Below, piece by piece: positions 9,634-18,472 of a stretch of 64,000 bases of DNA. The notes beneath the pieces were generated by a model. The model saw only the letters and a list, made by a program, of their open reading frames with translations. It was not told the origin of the DNA and did not search any database. Both the position numbers and the translations under genes were made by a program. Within the stretch, counting starts at the first letter, position 1; each line of letters begins with the position of its first letter. Location of the stretch: sequence record SRR2962707_2599; one strand, given 5' to 3'.

Positions 9634-11052
9634 ATGACCTTATCAGCCCCCTTTCCCACCATGTCCGATGCCTCTTCGGTCAGCCGTGACAGCGGCTTTT
9701 GGGCTGTGATCGATGTGTCGTTGCTTTTCCTGGTCATCATCGCAAGCTCGGACATGCTGGTTCATCTTGGGTTTGGTCAATCGCTTGTCTGGCTGTTGTG
9801 CTATGCGCTTACCCTGTTACGGGTGATTATGATGTGGCCCTATTTCACGGCTTTGGTGTCGACGAACCTCGTTGTTTTTGCCTATCCCGTGGTTTGCTTG
9901 GCTTCGGTGTTATGGTCGCTGGCCCCGTCAACCAGCTTATCTTCGGGCATTCAGCTGATGATGACCTTTATTATCGCGACGTTTTTAGGATGGCGCTATT
10001 CTTTGGCCGCGATTACCCGGGCGATATTCATCGTGCTGAGCATTGCGGTGATCCTGTCTCTTTTGCATTGGGCGACGGGCGTGTTTCCTTGGCGGGTCTA
10101 CAGCCGCGCCGGTGGGTTGATGGGCGTGTTTTCACAAAAGAACATGCTGGGGCAACGGGCATTGTTCTGTATCGTCGCTATCATCGCCATACTTCTCATG
10201 GGACGTTCTGAGGTCAGCACAAAGCTTAAACTGGCTGCCCTTATGAGCATGGCCCTGACATTCTTTGTTTTGGGGCTGTCACGCTCCATGACGTCGGTTT
10301 TGTTGGTCCCGCCTTCTGTGGGGCTGTTGGCGCTTTTATGTGTCCGCCGGATTCCCGCGGCTGTTTCAAGCGCGCTGATTTTTCTGACCATCGCAGGTAT
10401 TGCACTTGGGCCTGTTCTGATGACCGTTGCGGGGCTTGATCCCGTTCAGATCGTGCTGGATGGGGTCGGCAAAGATGCGACCCTGACAGGGCGCACAGTG
10501 CTTTGGGATGTGGCACGGCAAGTGAATGCCGAATACCCATTTCTGGGCGTTGGCTATACTGCTTTTTGGCGCGCTCCGGAGTTTTTCAATGAACGGCTGA
10601 TGACGCAGCACGCCGGGGCCGTCACAAGCGTCTCGTTCCATAACTTCATTCTTGAAATCCTTGTCTCGGCCGGCTGGCCAGCGGTTATTGCCATGGGGCT
10701 GTTGATCCTGACTGCTATTAAGCGTCTGTGGCGGATCTATATGCACAATGGCTCTGTCCCCGCTGCATGTGGATTGGTCTTTCTTTTTGCGAGCATTCTG
10801 GCCTCTTTGTTGGGGCCTTCCTTGTATCGAGGGCATGAGTTCATGATTGTCATTATTGTGATGTACTCGGTCAGCGCTCAGCAAGATTGGCAAAGCTTGC
10901 GGGGGGCCAACAGGCAATCAAAGCCACATGCCGATGGCCTACCAAATCAAGACAGGCGGGCCAGCGCGGCGTCAGATCCTGATTCTAATCTCGATATGGT
11001 CACAAATTTAGCAGAAAACGAACAAAGCACTATGAAATGGCCATCATCATAG
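9634..11052 (+). CDS. exoQ: Wzy polymerase / O-antigen ligase family protein (ExoQ-like)
   Basis: Multi-TM; GVFSQKNMLG, GKDATLTGRTVLW, PFLGVGY and HN motifs. Confidence 0.75.
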   Translation: MTLSAPFPTMSDASSVSRDSGFWAVIDVSLLFLVIIASSDMLVHLGFGQSLVWLLCYALTLLRVIMMWPYFTALVSTNLVVFAYPVVCLASVLWSLAPSTSLSSGIQLMMTFIIATFLGWRYSLAAITRAIFIVLSIAVILSLLHWATGVFPWRVYSRAGGLMGVFSQKNMLGQRALFCIVAIIAILLMGRSEVSTKLKLAALMSMALTFFVLGLSRSMTSVLLVPPSVGLLALLCVRRIPAAVSSALIFLTIAGIALGPVLMTVAGLDPVQIVLDGVGKDATLTGRTVLWDVARQVNAEYPFLGVGYTAFWRAPEFFNERLMTQHAGAVTSVSFHNFILEILVSAGWPAVIAMGLLILTAIKRLWRIYMHNGSVPAACGLVFLFASILASLLGPSLYRGHEFMIVIIVMYSVSAQQDWQSLRGANRQSKPHADGLPNQDRRASAASDPDSNLDMVTNLAENEQSTMKWPSS

Positions 11053-11141
11053 ATTTCATAGGCACAAGAAAGTTTTGGGCTGCCGCCTGTCATCATGCAG
11101 GATGGATCAAGCCTTTGTTTATCATAGGGGGAGCTAATTTT

Positions 11142-12338
11142 ATGCGATTGAACTGTTATGTTTTGGGCCTGAGCCTTCTGCTAGGAGCACCACTTGCCGC
11201 GGCACCCTATCAACTGGTTGTCGGGGATCAGATCACACTGAACTATAACTTCCTGCAAGACCCCAAGACGGCCACGATTGATTTGGATGGCAATATTCGC
11301 CTATCCGAGATTGGAAGCATCGTTGCAGATGGAAAAACATTCGACGAGATCGAAACAGATATCACAAATGCGATGATCAAAGGTGGCTTCAGTGGCGTGC
11401 CCTTTGTCTCGGTTGAAATTGCCGAATACGCACCGATCATCGTTTCAGGTTTCATCGAACGTGGTGGTCGCTTTGAGTATATGCCCGGCATCACCGTTGG
11501 CGTGGCGCTGGCCTTGTCTGGAGGCGCGGCCACCTTGGACACCCAAACCGGGGGAAATACCGAATTATCCTCCCTTGCCGCGCGCCGTCGCTCGGCCTCT
11601 TTGGCAACAGAAATTGCCGAAACAGTCAGCCGGATCTCTCGGCTTGAAGCCGCTTTGGCCGGGCCAGAAACCCCCATTACCTTACCAGAAGAGTTGCAGG
11701 CTTCGGTTCCCCGCTCTGAACTGCCCGGACTGGAAGATCGCCTGATCGCCGAATCGAAGGTTCTGGAACGCGAGCGTCTGACATCAGAAATGTTGATGGC
11801 GTCTTGGAATAAAGAACTGAACGAAGGACAGCGCCAGATCGAAATCCTTGATGAACGGCTGAACCTGAAGGATGTGACGATCTCAAGGATTTCCGAAGAC
11901 TTGGAATCGGCGCGCTCTTTGCAATCGCAGGGTTTGTCGACCAACACCCGCACCTCTGCGTTGATCCAGCGCTTGGCGGATGAACGGGAAGATCTCTTGG
12001 CGATCGAAACGGCCAAGGTGAACGTGCGCCGGGCCATCTCCTTGGCAGATCGCAACCGCAAAAGATACGCAGCGGATCAGCACCAGGGACGTTTAGAAGC
12101 CCTGCGAGACGCGCGTAACCTTCTGACCACACTAGAGCAAAGCTATAGGATTTCGTTAAGCGAACTGGCGCTTTTGTATGGCGATGTAGATGGGCTGTCC
12201 TTGACAGAAGGTGGTCTCGGTCTCGAGTTCACCATTCTGGGTCCGCGCGCTGCACGTTTTGACGGTCAGACCGTGACGGCCAATTCAAAGCTGTTGCCCG
12301 GGGATATTGTAGTGGTGACCGCCGATATTGACGGCTGA
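11142..12338 (+). CDS. exoF: Polysaccharide export protein (ExoF/OPX family)
   Basis: Start moved to ATG 11142 (GGGGAG RBS, signal peptide); YQLVVGDQI, DGNIRLSEIG, coiled-coil region, C-terminal LLPGDIVVV. Confidence 0.8.
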   Translation: MRLNCYVLGLSLLLGAPLAAAPYQLVVGDQITLNYNFLQDPKTATIDLDGNIRLSEIGSIVADGKTFDEIETDITNAMIKGGFSGVPFVSVEIAEYAPIIVSGFIERGGRFEYMPGITVGVALALSGGAATLDTQTGGNTELSSLAARRRSASLATEIAETVSRISRLEAALAGPETPITLPEELQASVPRSELPGLEDRLIAESKVLERERLTSEMLMASWNKELNEGQRQIEILDERLNLKDVTISRISEDLESARSLQSQGLSTNTRTSALIQRLADEREDLLAIETAKVNVRRAISLADRNRKRYAADQHQGRLEALRDARNLLTTLEQSYRISLSELALLYGDVDGLSLTEGGLGLEFTILGPRAARFDGQTVTANSKLLPGDIVVVTADIDG

Positions 12339-12360
12339 CATGACGTCCCTGATTTCGCCG

Positions 12361-13203
12361 TCACAGAGACCATTTTGAAAAAGGCATGCCCGTGATCTCG
12401 CGAAATCGGGCCGTGTCTTCGCTAAGATCTGTTCGTATCTTCGCCAGCAAGGCCTCAGAAAATTCTGGGGCCGTGCGGGATTTCCCAAGAGCAAGCCCGC
12501 CCCGGATACGGTTGCGCATGTCCCGACTGACAAGGCCAGTGATCCGACGTCCAACCGGTGACTGGGCAAAGCGCAAAACCGGCGCTGGGACACGTGACAG
12601 TTCAGAGCTGTCGTTTTGGGCACCCTGGTCTTGAATGGCGCATTGCGCCACACCGATATGGGCGGTGACCGCATCCATCACAGTCTGAGGGTTTTTGACC
12701 AAATCATCGAAATCCAGCACCAGAATGGCGTCTTTCTGGAAATACTCCAGATAGGCATCCATTTGGCGGGCATAGAGACTGGCATCCAGAATATGGGCGT
12801 ATTCATGGCTGTCGCCAAAGGTCGCCATGTCTGGCTTAAGCGTTCCCAGAATAAAGCTGTGCCGAAACTGAGAGACGGCCCGCTTGACTGGATCGCGTAC
12901 GATATAAATCAGGCGTGCTTCGGGGCAGGCCTTGGCTATACGTTCCGGGACACCTGGGAAATCTCGGCATTTGGTATAATTTGGGCTCGCCTCGCCCCGT
13001 GTCAGATCCGCGGAAGTGAACTGTTCTGAATACCACGAGAACCCATTGCTCCAGGTCTTTTCGGCGACAAAGAAATCTGTCTCCTTGTCACGAGACATAT
13101 CCACGTCGGGATGTTCTGCGAGAAACCGGTACAGGCTGGTCGTGCCCGATTTCATTGACCCGATGATGATAAAATTCGGAAGCAAGAGGGTCTGTTGAGA
13201 CAT
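12361..13203 (-). CDS. Sulfotransferase
   Basis: PNFIIIGSMKSGTTSL, KETDFF, GEASPNY, IVRDPVKRAVS. Confidence 0.88.
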   Translation of the reverse strand: MSQQTLLLPNFIIIGSMKSGTTSLYRFLAEHPDVDMSRDKETDFFVAEKTWSNGFSWYSEQFTSADLTRGEASPNYTKCRDFPGVPERIAKACPEARLIYIVRDPVKRAVSQFRHSFILGTLKPDMATFGDSHEYAHILDASLYARQMDAYLEYFQKDAILVLDFDDLVKNPQTVMDAVTAHIGVAQCAIQDQGAQNDSSELSRVPAPVLRFAQSPVGRRITGLVSRDMRNRIRGGLALGKSRTAPEFSEALLAKIRTDLSEDTARFREITGMPFSKWSL

Positions 13204-13232
13204 GGGTTCTTCTTTTTACAGGAGCAAGGACG

Positions 13233-14186
13233 TCAGGCAGCGGATTTTTTGGCGGATCGGTTTTTGAAAAACGCGATCAAAGGTTTTTCTAAATAAACAT
13301 GGGCCAATGACCCGGCGATGGTCACGATCACGGTGATCAAAGCCAACATCACCAGCGGCGGCAACATGTCTTGAACCCCAGCTTTGCGCAAAGGCACGGC
13401 CGCAATGTTCATGACCGGTAAATGCACAAGATAGATCGCATATGAGGCATTGCCCAAAAACACCAGCCAGCGCGGAGCAGGAAGCTCTCCTCGGGCAAGC
13501 CCGATTACGGCAAGCGTGGCCCCCAGCCCATAGCCAAGGGGCAATAGATTATGCGGCAAATCTATTGCGGTGAGCGTTTCCGTAAGCCCCAGACCAACAA
13601 ACAAGGCTGTTCCCGAAAAAAAGAACAGGCGCGCCACGTCACGTGAAAGGCGCTTATACACAAGCGCGGCGACGATCCCGAAAAGGAACAGCAGGTTATG
13701 AGCCTTAAGAATGAACCCCATCGGATAGGGCATTTCAGACCAAGACCCCAGTGACAACACGCAAGCCATCATCCAGATGCCAAAAGCAATCATCCCCAAT
13801 CGCAGATGCACAATCAGCAAGGTGAAGACTGCGTAAAACAGCATCTCGTGTTGCAACGTCCAGGCGATCTGCATGATCGGCCCGTCTGTTGTCGGCCAAA
13901 GTAAATACGACGTCAGAATGACCCAATATATCGGGTAGATCCGCAAGATCCGTTTTCGCAAAAACTTAGTCGCCTGCGCAGGTTGCCCGAAATCACGCCG
14001 GTGAACCAAGGCCATGATGAAGCCCGACAGAACAAAAAAGAATTCCACACCGGCATAGCCGAAATTAAAAGCCGCGCCGGCCCCTTCCCCGTTGTAAAAG
14101 TTCTTGGGTAGCAAGAAGACATTTGCGTGAAAGACAGCAACCATCAGGGCCGCGATGGCCCGGCCACATTGTAATCCATTCAGCAT
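13233..14186 (-). CDS. Acyltransferase_3 family protein (ExoZ paralogue), possibly with an internal deletion
   Basis: LQCGRAIAA, GVEFFFVLSGFIM, WTLQHEMLFY, LGNASYAIYLVH. Confidence 0.82.
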   Translation of the reverse strand: MLNGLQCGRAIAALMVAVFHANVFLLPKNFYNGEGAGAAFNFGYAGVEFFFVLSGFIMALVHRRDFGQPAQATKFLRKRILRIYPIYWVILTSYLLWPTTDGPIMQIAWTLQHEMLFYAVFTLLIVHLRLGMIAFGIWMMACVLSLGSWSEMPYPMGFILKAHNLLFLFGIVAALVYKRLSRDVARLFFFSGTALFVGLGLTETLTAIDLPHNLLPLGYGLGATLAVIGLARGELPAPRWLVFLGNASYAIYLVHLPVMNIAAVPLRKAGVQDMLPPLVMLALITVIVTIAGSLAHVYLEKPLIAFFKNRSAKKSAA

Positions 14187-14231
14187 GGTTCTTTCCTTCT
14201 TTCACTGGTCGCTCTTCCTGACATCACGGGG

Positions 14232-15119
14232 TTAACTGCCATAAAGCGCCCGCTGGCGCAGGTTTAGACAGCCCGCGCAGACGCCCGCATGCATGGTTCC
14301 CCGCATCAACCAAAAGGCCCGCCGGTCTTGTGCCCCAAGTGCCAGCCCTGCGCGCAGGAAGCTATAGGCGGATTTGGCGGCGGCAAGCATAAGTAGTTTG
14401 GCTTTGGCAGGCAGGCCATGGGCCGACGCCGCATAGCTTTGCCCAATGCGAAACCGCCGTCGCAACAGCCAGCCCAGAGTTAAACGGGCGGGGGGAACGT
14501 CTTCGCTGACGATTGAGTCATCCGCGATGGCATAGCGTGCCCCCATTTGGCGCAGGCGGAAGAAAAATTCGGTATCCTCACCACCTGATCGCCCACGCTC
14601 TAACGCAAAGCGTTCCGCGCGCCATGGGGCGTCCCCCCAACGCAGCAATGCGTTGCAGGTATGGCCGGTTTCCACTTCATTACCGCGCGGCGCGGCAAAC
14701 TGTGAATGGAAATCTCCCTTGATGATCCACGCCGGTGCATCGCTGCCATAATTGGCGCGGCTATGGCCAAAAACAGCATCTGCGTTGGTTTCTTTTTGGC
14801 GGGCCACCAGAGCTGTCAGCCAATCGGGTTCGACGACTTCATCGTCATCCAGAAACGCAACCCAATCCCCATCAGCCGCGTCCAGACCTGCATTGCGCGC
14901 GATCGAGATGTTGGCCCCAGGGGCATGTTTATAATGAACAGGGCGGGCCATTTTGGCGCCCGTTTCTGAGACACGTTCTTTGGCCGTGGGGCTATCGTCA
15001 TTGTCGATCACAATAACCCGCAGTTCTGCCCCCTCAGGAACCGTCGCTGCCTCGATGGATTTCAACGTTTCAACCACAAAAGGGCGGCGGAACGTGCAAA
15101 TGCAAACATCAATCTTCAT
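14232..15119 (-). CDS. exoM: GT2 glucosyltransferase, ExoM-like
   Basis: Start reassigned to 15119 (ATGA overlap with the exoA stop): MKIDVCICTFRR, NISIARNA, AFLDDDE, GGEDTEFF. Confidence 0.85.
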   Translation of the reverse strand: MKIDVCICTFRRPFVVETLKSIEAATVPEGAELRVIVIDNDDSPTAKERVSETGAKMARPVHYKHAPGANISIARNAGLDAADGDWVAFLDDDEVVEPDWLTALVARQKETNADAVFGHSRANYGSDAPAWIIKGDFHSQFAAPRGNEVETGHTCNALLRWGDAPWRAERFALERGRSGGEDTEFFFRLRQMGARYAIADDSIVSEDVPPARLTLGWLLRRRFRIGQSYAASAHGLPAKAKLLMLAAAKSAYSFLRAGLALGAQDRRAFWLMRGTMHAGVCAGCLNLRQRALYGS

Positions 15120-16144
15120 CCCATGCTCCTTGCGTGGCGGGCCATATGTGTCAAAAATCCAGCCCCCCAAGCCATATGCATCACAAGCAGCGCTGGCGCG
15201 GCCCAAAGCGCGCAGGCACTGCGATGTTTGGCCGTTTGTTGCAGGCTCATGGCCGTCAGGATCATCAGATACAACAGCGGCAAGAGCAATAAACCTGGCC
15301 GGAACGCTGCCAACAAGAGCGACAACAGGTTCACACTCAGAATGACGGGCGGGACCATCTGGCGTAAACGTGGTTTCATGCGGTGCTTTAGAATGGTTTG
15401 CGCCCGCCCTTTGCCATAGCGCCAATATTGTTTACCCAGTTTCCCCAATGTCGGGCGCATCACATAGTCCAGCCGAATAGTGGCATCGAGCCAAATTTTC
15501 CCGCCTGCCAGTCCAATACGATGGTCTAGCTCGGCGTCCTCATTGGCGACAAAACCGGTGTTATAGCCCCCGACCTTGCGCCAGATGTCCAAACGGAACC
15601 CCGCATGGTGACCATGCTCGACATAACCAGACTCTGTTCCGCCCCGATGGCCCGATCCGCCAGAGCCAAGCTTGGTGTCCAGAGCCCAGGCAGAGCCCCG
15701 CTGAAAACAGCTGTCTCCGACAGAATCCATCACCGTTGCAAGAGCCGCCACATCATGTTCCAGCAGGCTGTCAGCCACCTGCAGCACATAGCCAGGTTTG
15801 TAGTGGGAGTGTGCGTCAACCCGCACAAGAATGCTGTGCTGGGGGTCTGCGCAGTCGGTGACCACTGTGTTGACAGCCGCGGCTTGTAACTTGGCCGGGT
15901 TGTGGATCAGATGAATATTGGGATGACGTTGACCATAGTCTTTGACAATGTCGCAGGTGGCATCCGTGCTCCCGCCATCTGCCACAACAATTTTCACACG
16001 GGCCATTTGCGGCGCGTCGGCCAACAAGGCATCGAGTGTCTGCGCAATATGGGCCGCTTCGTTCAAGGTCGGAATAGCGACGAGAATAGTTTCGGGGGTC
16101 GCGTGACGGGCATGATACGTCATGTCAGAAGAGACGTTTTCCAT
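15116..16144 (-). CDS. exoA: GT2 glucosyltransferase, ExoA-like
   Basis: IPTLNEAAHI, VADGGSTD, RVDAH, VEHGHHA, NEDAELD, KPRLRQ; start taken just after the exoL stop. Confidence 0.85.
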   Translation of the reverse strand: MENVSSDMTYHARHATPETILVAIPTLNEAAHIAQTLDALLADAPQMARVKIVVADGGSTDATCDIVKDYGQRHPNIHLIHNPAKLQAAAVNTVVTDCADPQHSILVRVDAHSHYKPGYVLQVADSLLEHDVAALATVMDSVGDSCFQRGSAWALDTKLGSGGSGHRGGTESGYVEHGHHAGFRLDIWRKVGGYNTGFVANEDAELDHRIGLAGGKIWLDATIRLDYVMRPTLGKLGKQYWRYGKGRAQTILKHRMKPRLRQMVPPVILSVNLLSLLLAAFRPGLLLLPLLYLMILTAMSLQQTAKHRSACALWAAPALLVMHMAWGAGFLTHMARHARSMG

Positions 16145-16145
16145 C

Positions 16146-17366
16146 TTATTGGCCTCCCCTTCCGGCATTTTGTACGGTTGCAATCACATCTTCGATGTCC
16201 TGAGGTGATTGTACAAAATCTCGGTCAGGCCGCAGGAGCAATGCCTGCCCTTTTGCGGCAATTTCCGCATGGCTCAGACCTTGCAGCAGGGCCATCAGCT
16301 TTTCAGGTGTAGGCGCGTCAATGTCCCAGCCCAAATCCTCCTCACGGATCCGACGCCCCGTTTCCGTGCTGGCCACGGCAATGCTCGGACAGCCTGCCCA
16401 GCTGGCTTCGTAGATGCGATTGGGCAGCAGCCATTCTGAATTATTGCCGCTTTGCCAAAGATCCTGTGCCCAGACCACATCACAGCCGCCATAAATCCGG
16501 GCCAGATCCTGAGGATATGAATAGGCCCCGTGATAAACCATGTTGTGGCGGGCCTGGATCGTCTCGTCAAAACCAGGCAAGGCATGGTGATGCACAATGC
16601 CATGGATGTGGATCTCGACCTTGACGCCCATTTGATCCGCAACAGCCGCCAGAAGCTTTAGGCTAGGCGCACAGCGAATGGTGCCGACCCAGCCAATTTT
16701 GATCGGCTGCTCTGCCGCTGGTTCCGCGCGGGCCTTGGGGCGCTCTGGCAGAGCCCCTCCTGTCGCCAGTTTGTTTTCCCACAGCGCCCAAGGGCCGCTA
16801 TAGCTCTGCAACGGCTCAAAGTAATTTCTGATAAACCCGGGTGATGAAACCACAAGCATCTGGATGCGGGCCAATAAAAACCGCTCTGCCGCGCGCATGA
16901 GCCGACTTTTCGCGTTTTCGCCACAGAGTGATCCATTGATGTCCAGACATTCATAGACCAGCGGGACATCTTTGGCCCCAGCCAAAGCGCGCGCAGCCCA
17001 GGCAATCGCAAGCATGTCCATGTTACGGGCAAAGATCATATCGGCCTGCTGAAGGCGCGGCCGGTGCCGTATCATCTTAATAATCGACGCAGCCACCACA
17101 GCAGCACGTTTCGGCAGGTTTTCATTTTCCGTATTGTACAAATGCGTATTGGGCCAATCCGGCTGAAAATCGGCATTCATATTGTCACGGCGCATCGTAA
17201 AGCTATGCACATCATGTCCAAGTGCCGCCATGGCGCGAATACGTCGGATTTGCGAAATCTCGGCAACGTCAAAACCGAAAACTTCGATCTTTGCCAGGGT
17301 CTCTGACCGTGTCGTTGGCGCTTGGTCTGCGCAGAAATCGTCGGGTTGGATATCACCGGTTTGCAA
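16146..17366 (-). CDS. exoL: Glucosyltransferase, ExoL-like
   Basis: ARNMDML, VYECLDI, SSPGF, ENK, IGWVG, YSYPQDLARIY, NSEWLLPNRIYE; exoL-exoA-exoM gene order. Confidence 0.82.
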   Translation of the reverse strand: MQTGDIQPDDFCADQAPTTRSETLAKIEVFGFDVAEISQIRRIRAMAALGHDVHSFTMRRDNMNADFQPDWPNTHLYNTENENLPKRAAVVAASIIKMIRHRPRLQQADMIFARNMDMLAIAWAARALAGAKDVPLVYECLDINGSLCGENAKSRLMRAAERFLLARIQMLVVSSPGFIRNYFEPLQSYSGPWALWENKLATGGALPERPKARAEPAAEQPIKIGWVGTIRCAPSLKLLAAVADQMGVKVEIHIHGIVHHHALPGFDETIQARHNMVYHGAYSYPQDLARIYGGCDVVWAQDLWQSGNNSEWLLPNRIYEASWAGCPSIAVASTETGRRIREEDLGWDIDAPTPEKLMALLQGLSHAEIAAKGQALLLRPDRDFVQSPQDIEDVIATVQNAGRGGQ

Positions 17367-18408
17367 GGCTGGGGTCCCGTCTTCTTGTCAAAAAGAGCGT
17401 CGTCAGTAATTTTTGCAGCGGCTGTTCGACATAGCGATACAGGCTGAGCCCCATAAGGCAGATCAGGATTAAGCTGCACAGAACAAAACCCAGCGCCGTA
17501 AAGGGCGTATGAAGCTGCGGGATACGAATCCAAATTTCGCCCAAAGGCACCAATAAAAAGAGATGAAACAAATAGATCGCATAGCTTGCATCGCCCAGCC
17601 GTTCCAACCAGGGAATGTGGGGAATATGCGCGCTGAGGCCAACCGCCCCGGCTGTGATCAACAGGGCTGGGCCCCCAAAGAAAACTGCGCGTTGCAATAA
17701 ATCGGTATCTTCGACACCCGGGCCGAAATAGGCAAACAAGGCACAGCCCAACACAAGCAAGACGATATTGCGCCCGACGGACCCCGGCCACCGTTTCCAG
17801 AGTTCAGCCACAAGGCAGCCCCCCAGGAATTCAAGCAACAACGGGCTGCTATATGTGATTGCCCAAGCCTGTGATGGCATCAAGAACGCCCCCACGGCCA
17901 CGAAGCCACACAGCAGGACACACAAGGTCATCATGCGCTGCTGAGGCCGCACCAGTAAAACCCCGGCAAAGATGAGATAAAAGAACATCTCATAATTCAA
18001 GGTCCATCCCGGCACGAGCACCGGCCAGATCCGCTCTGAGAAGGTGGGGCTGAAATGGGGGATAAACGCCATGGATTGTAGAACATGCGATGGGGTGACG
18101 GTGATCCAGTCATAGTTCAAAATGGATGTGATGGCGACCCAGACCAAAATGGCGATCCAATATGGCGGGACCACACGAATGGCCCGACGCAGCAAAAACC
18201 CAACCGGATCCTGAGCCTTGCCCCGGCTGATGCTCCACATGATGAAGCCGCTGATGACAAAGAACAAATCAACCCCCGCATGGCCCAAGGAGAACACAGA
18301 GGTCATCGCCTCTGGCAATGAGTCATGTACGCGTTTACTGGCGTGAAGCGTCACAACAGCCAAGGCAGCCAAAGCCCGCAGATACTGAATTGTATAGACT
18401 CGAGACAT
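17353..18408 (-). CDS. exoZ: EPS acetyltransferase, ExoZ-like
   Basis: IQYLRALAALAVV, AGVDLFFVISGFIMW, WPVLVPGWTLNYEMFFY, LGDASYAIYLFH. Confidence 0.85.
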   Translation of the reverse strand: MSRVYTIQYLRALAALAVVTLHASKRVHDSLPEAMTSVFSLGHAGVDLFFVISGFIMWSISRGKAQDPVGFLLRRAIRVVPPYWIAILVWVAITSILNYDWITVTPSHVLQSMAFIPHFSPTFSERIWPVLVPGWTLNYEMFFYLIFAGVLLVRPQQRMMTLCVLLCGFVAVGAFLMPSQAWAITYSSPLLLEFLGGCLVAELWKRWPGSVGRNIVLLVLGCALFAYFGPGVEDTDLLQRAVFFGGPALLITAGAVGLSAHIPHIPWLERLGDASYAIYLFHLFLLVPLGEIWIRIPQLHTPFTALGFVLCSLILICLMGLSLYRYVEQPLQKLLTTLFLTRRRDPSLANR

Positions 18409-18472
18409 AGCCTGACTGCGCTCCTGATCGCTGCGTCGAAGAGGCCGCTATATGCGGCCTGCGTATGGAAAA

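Noticed and set aside
15120-15425. 102-aa N-terminal extension of the exoM ORF
   Set aside because: It lies inside exoA; the conserved ExoM start at 15119 overlaps the exoA stop (ATGA).
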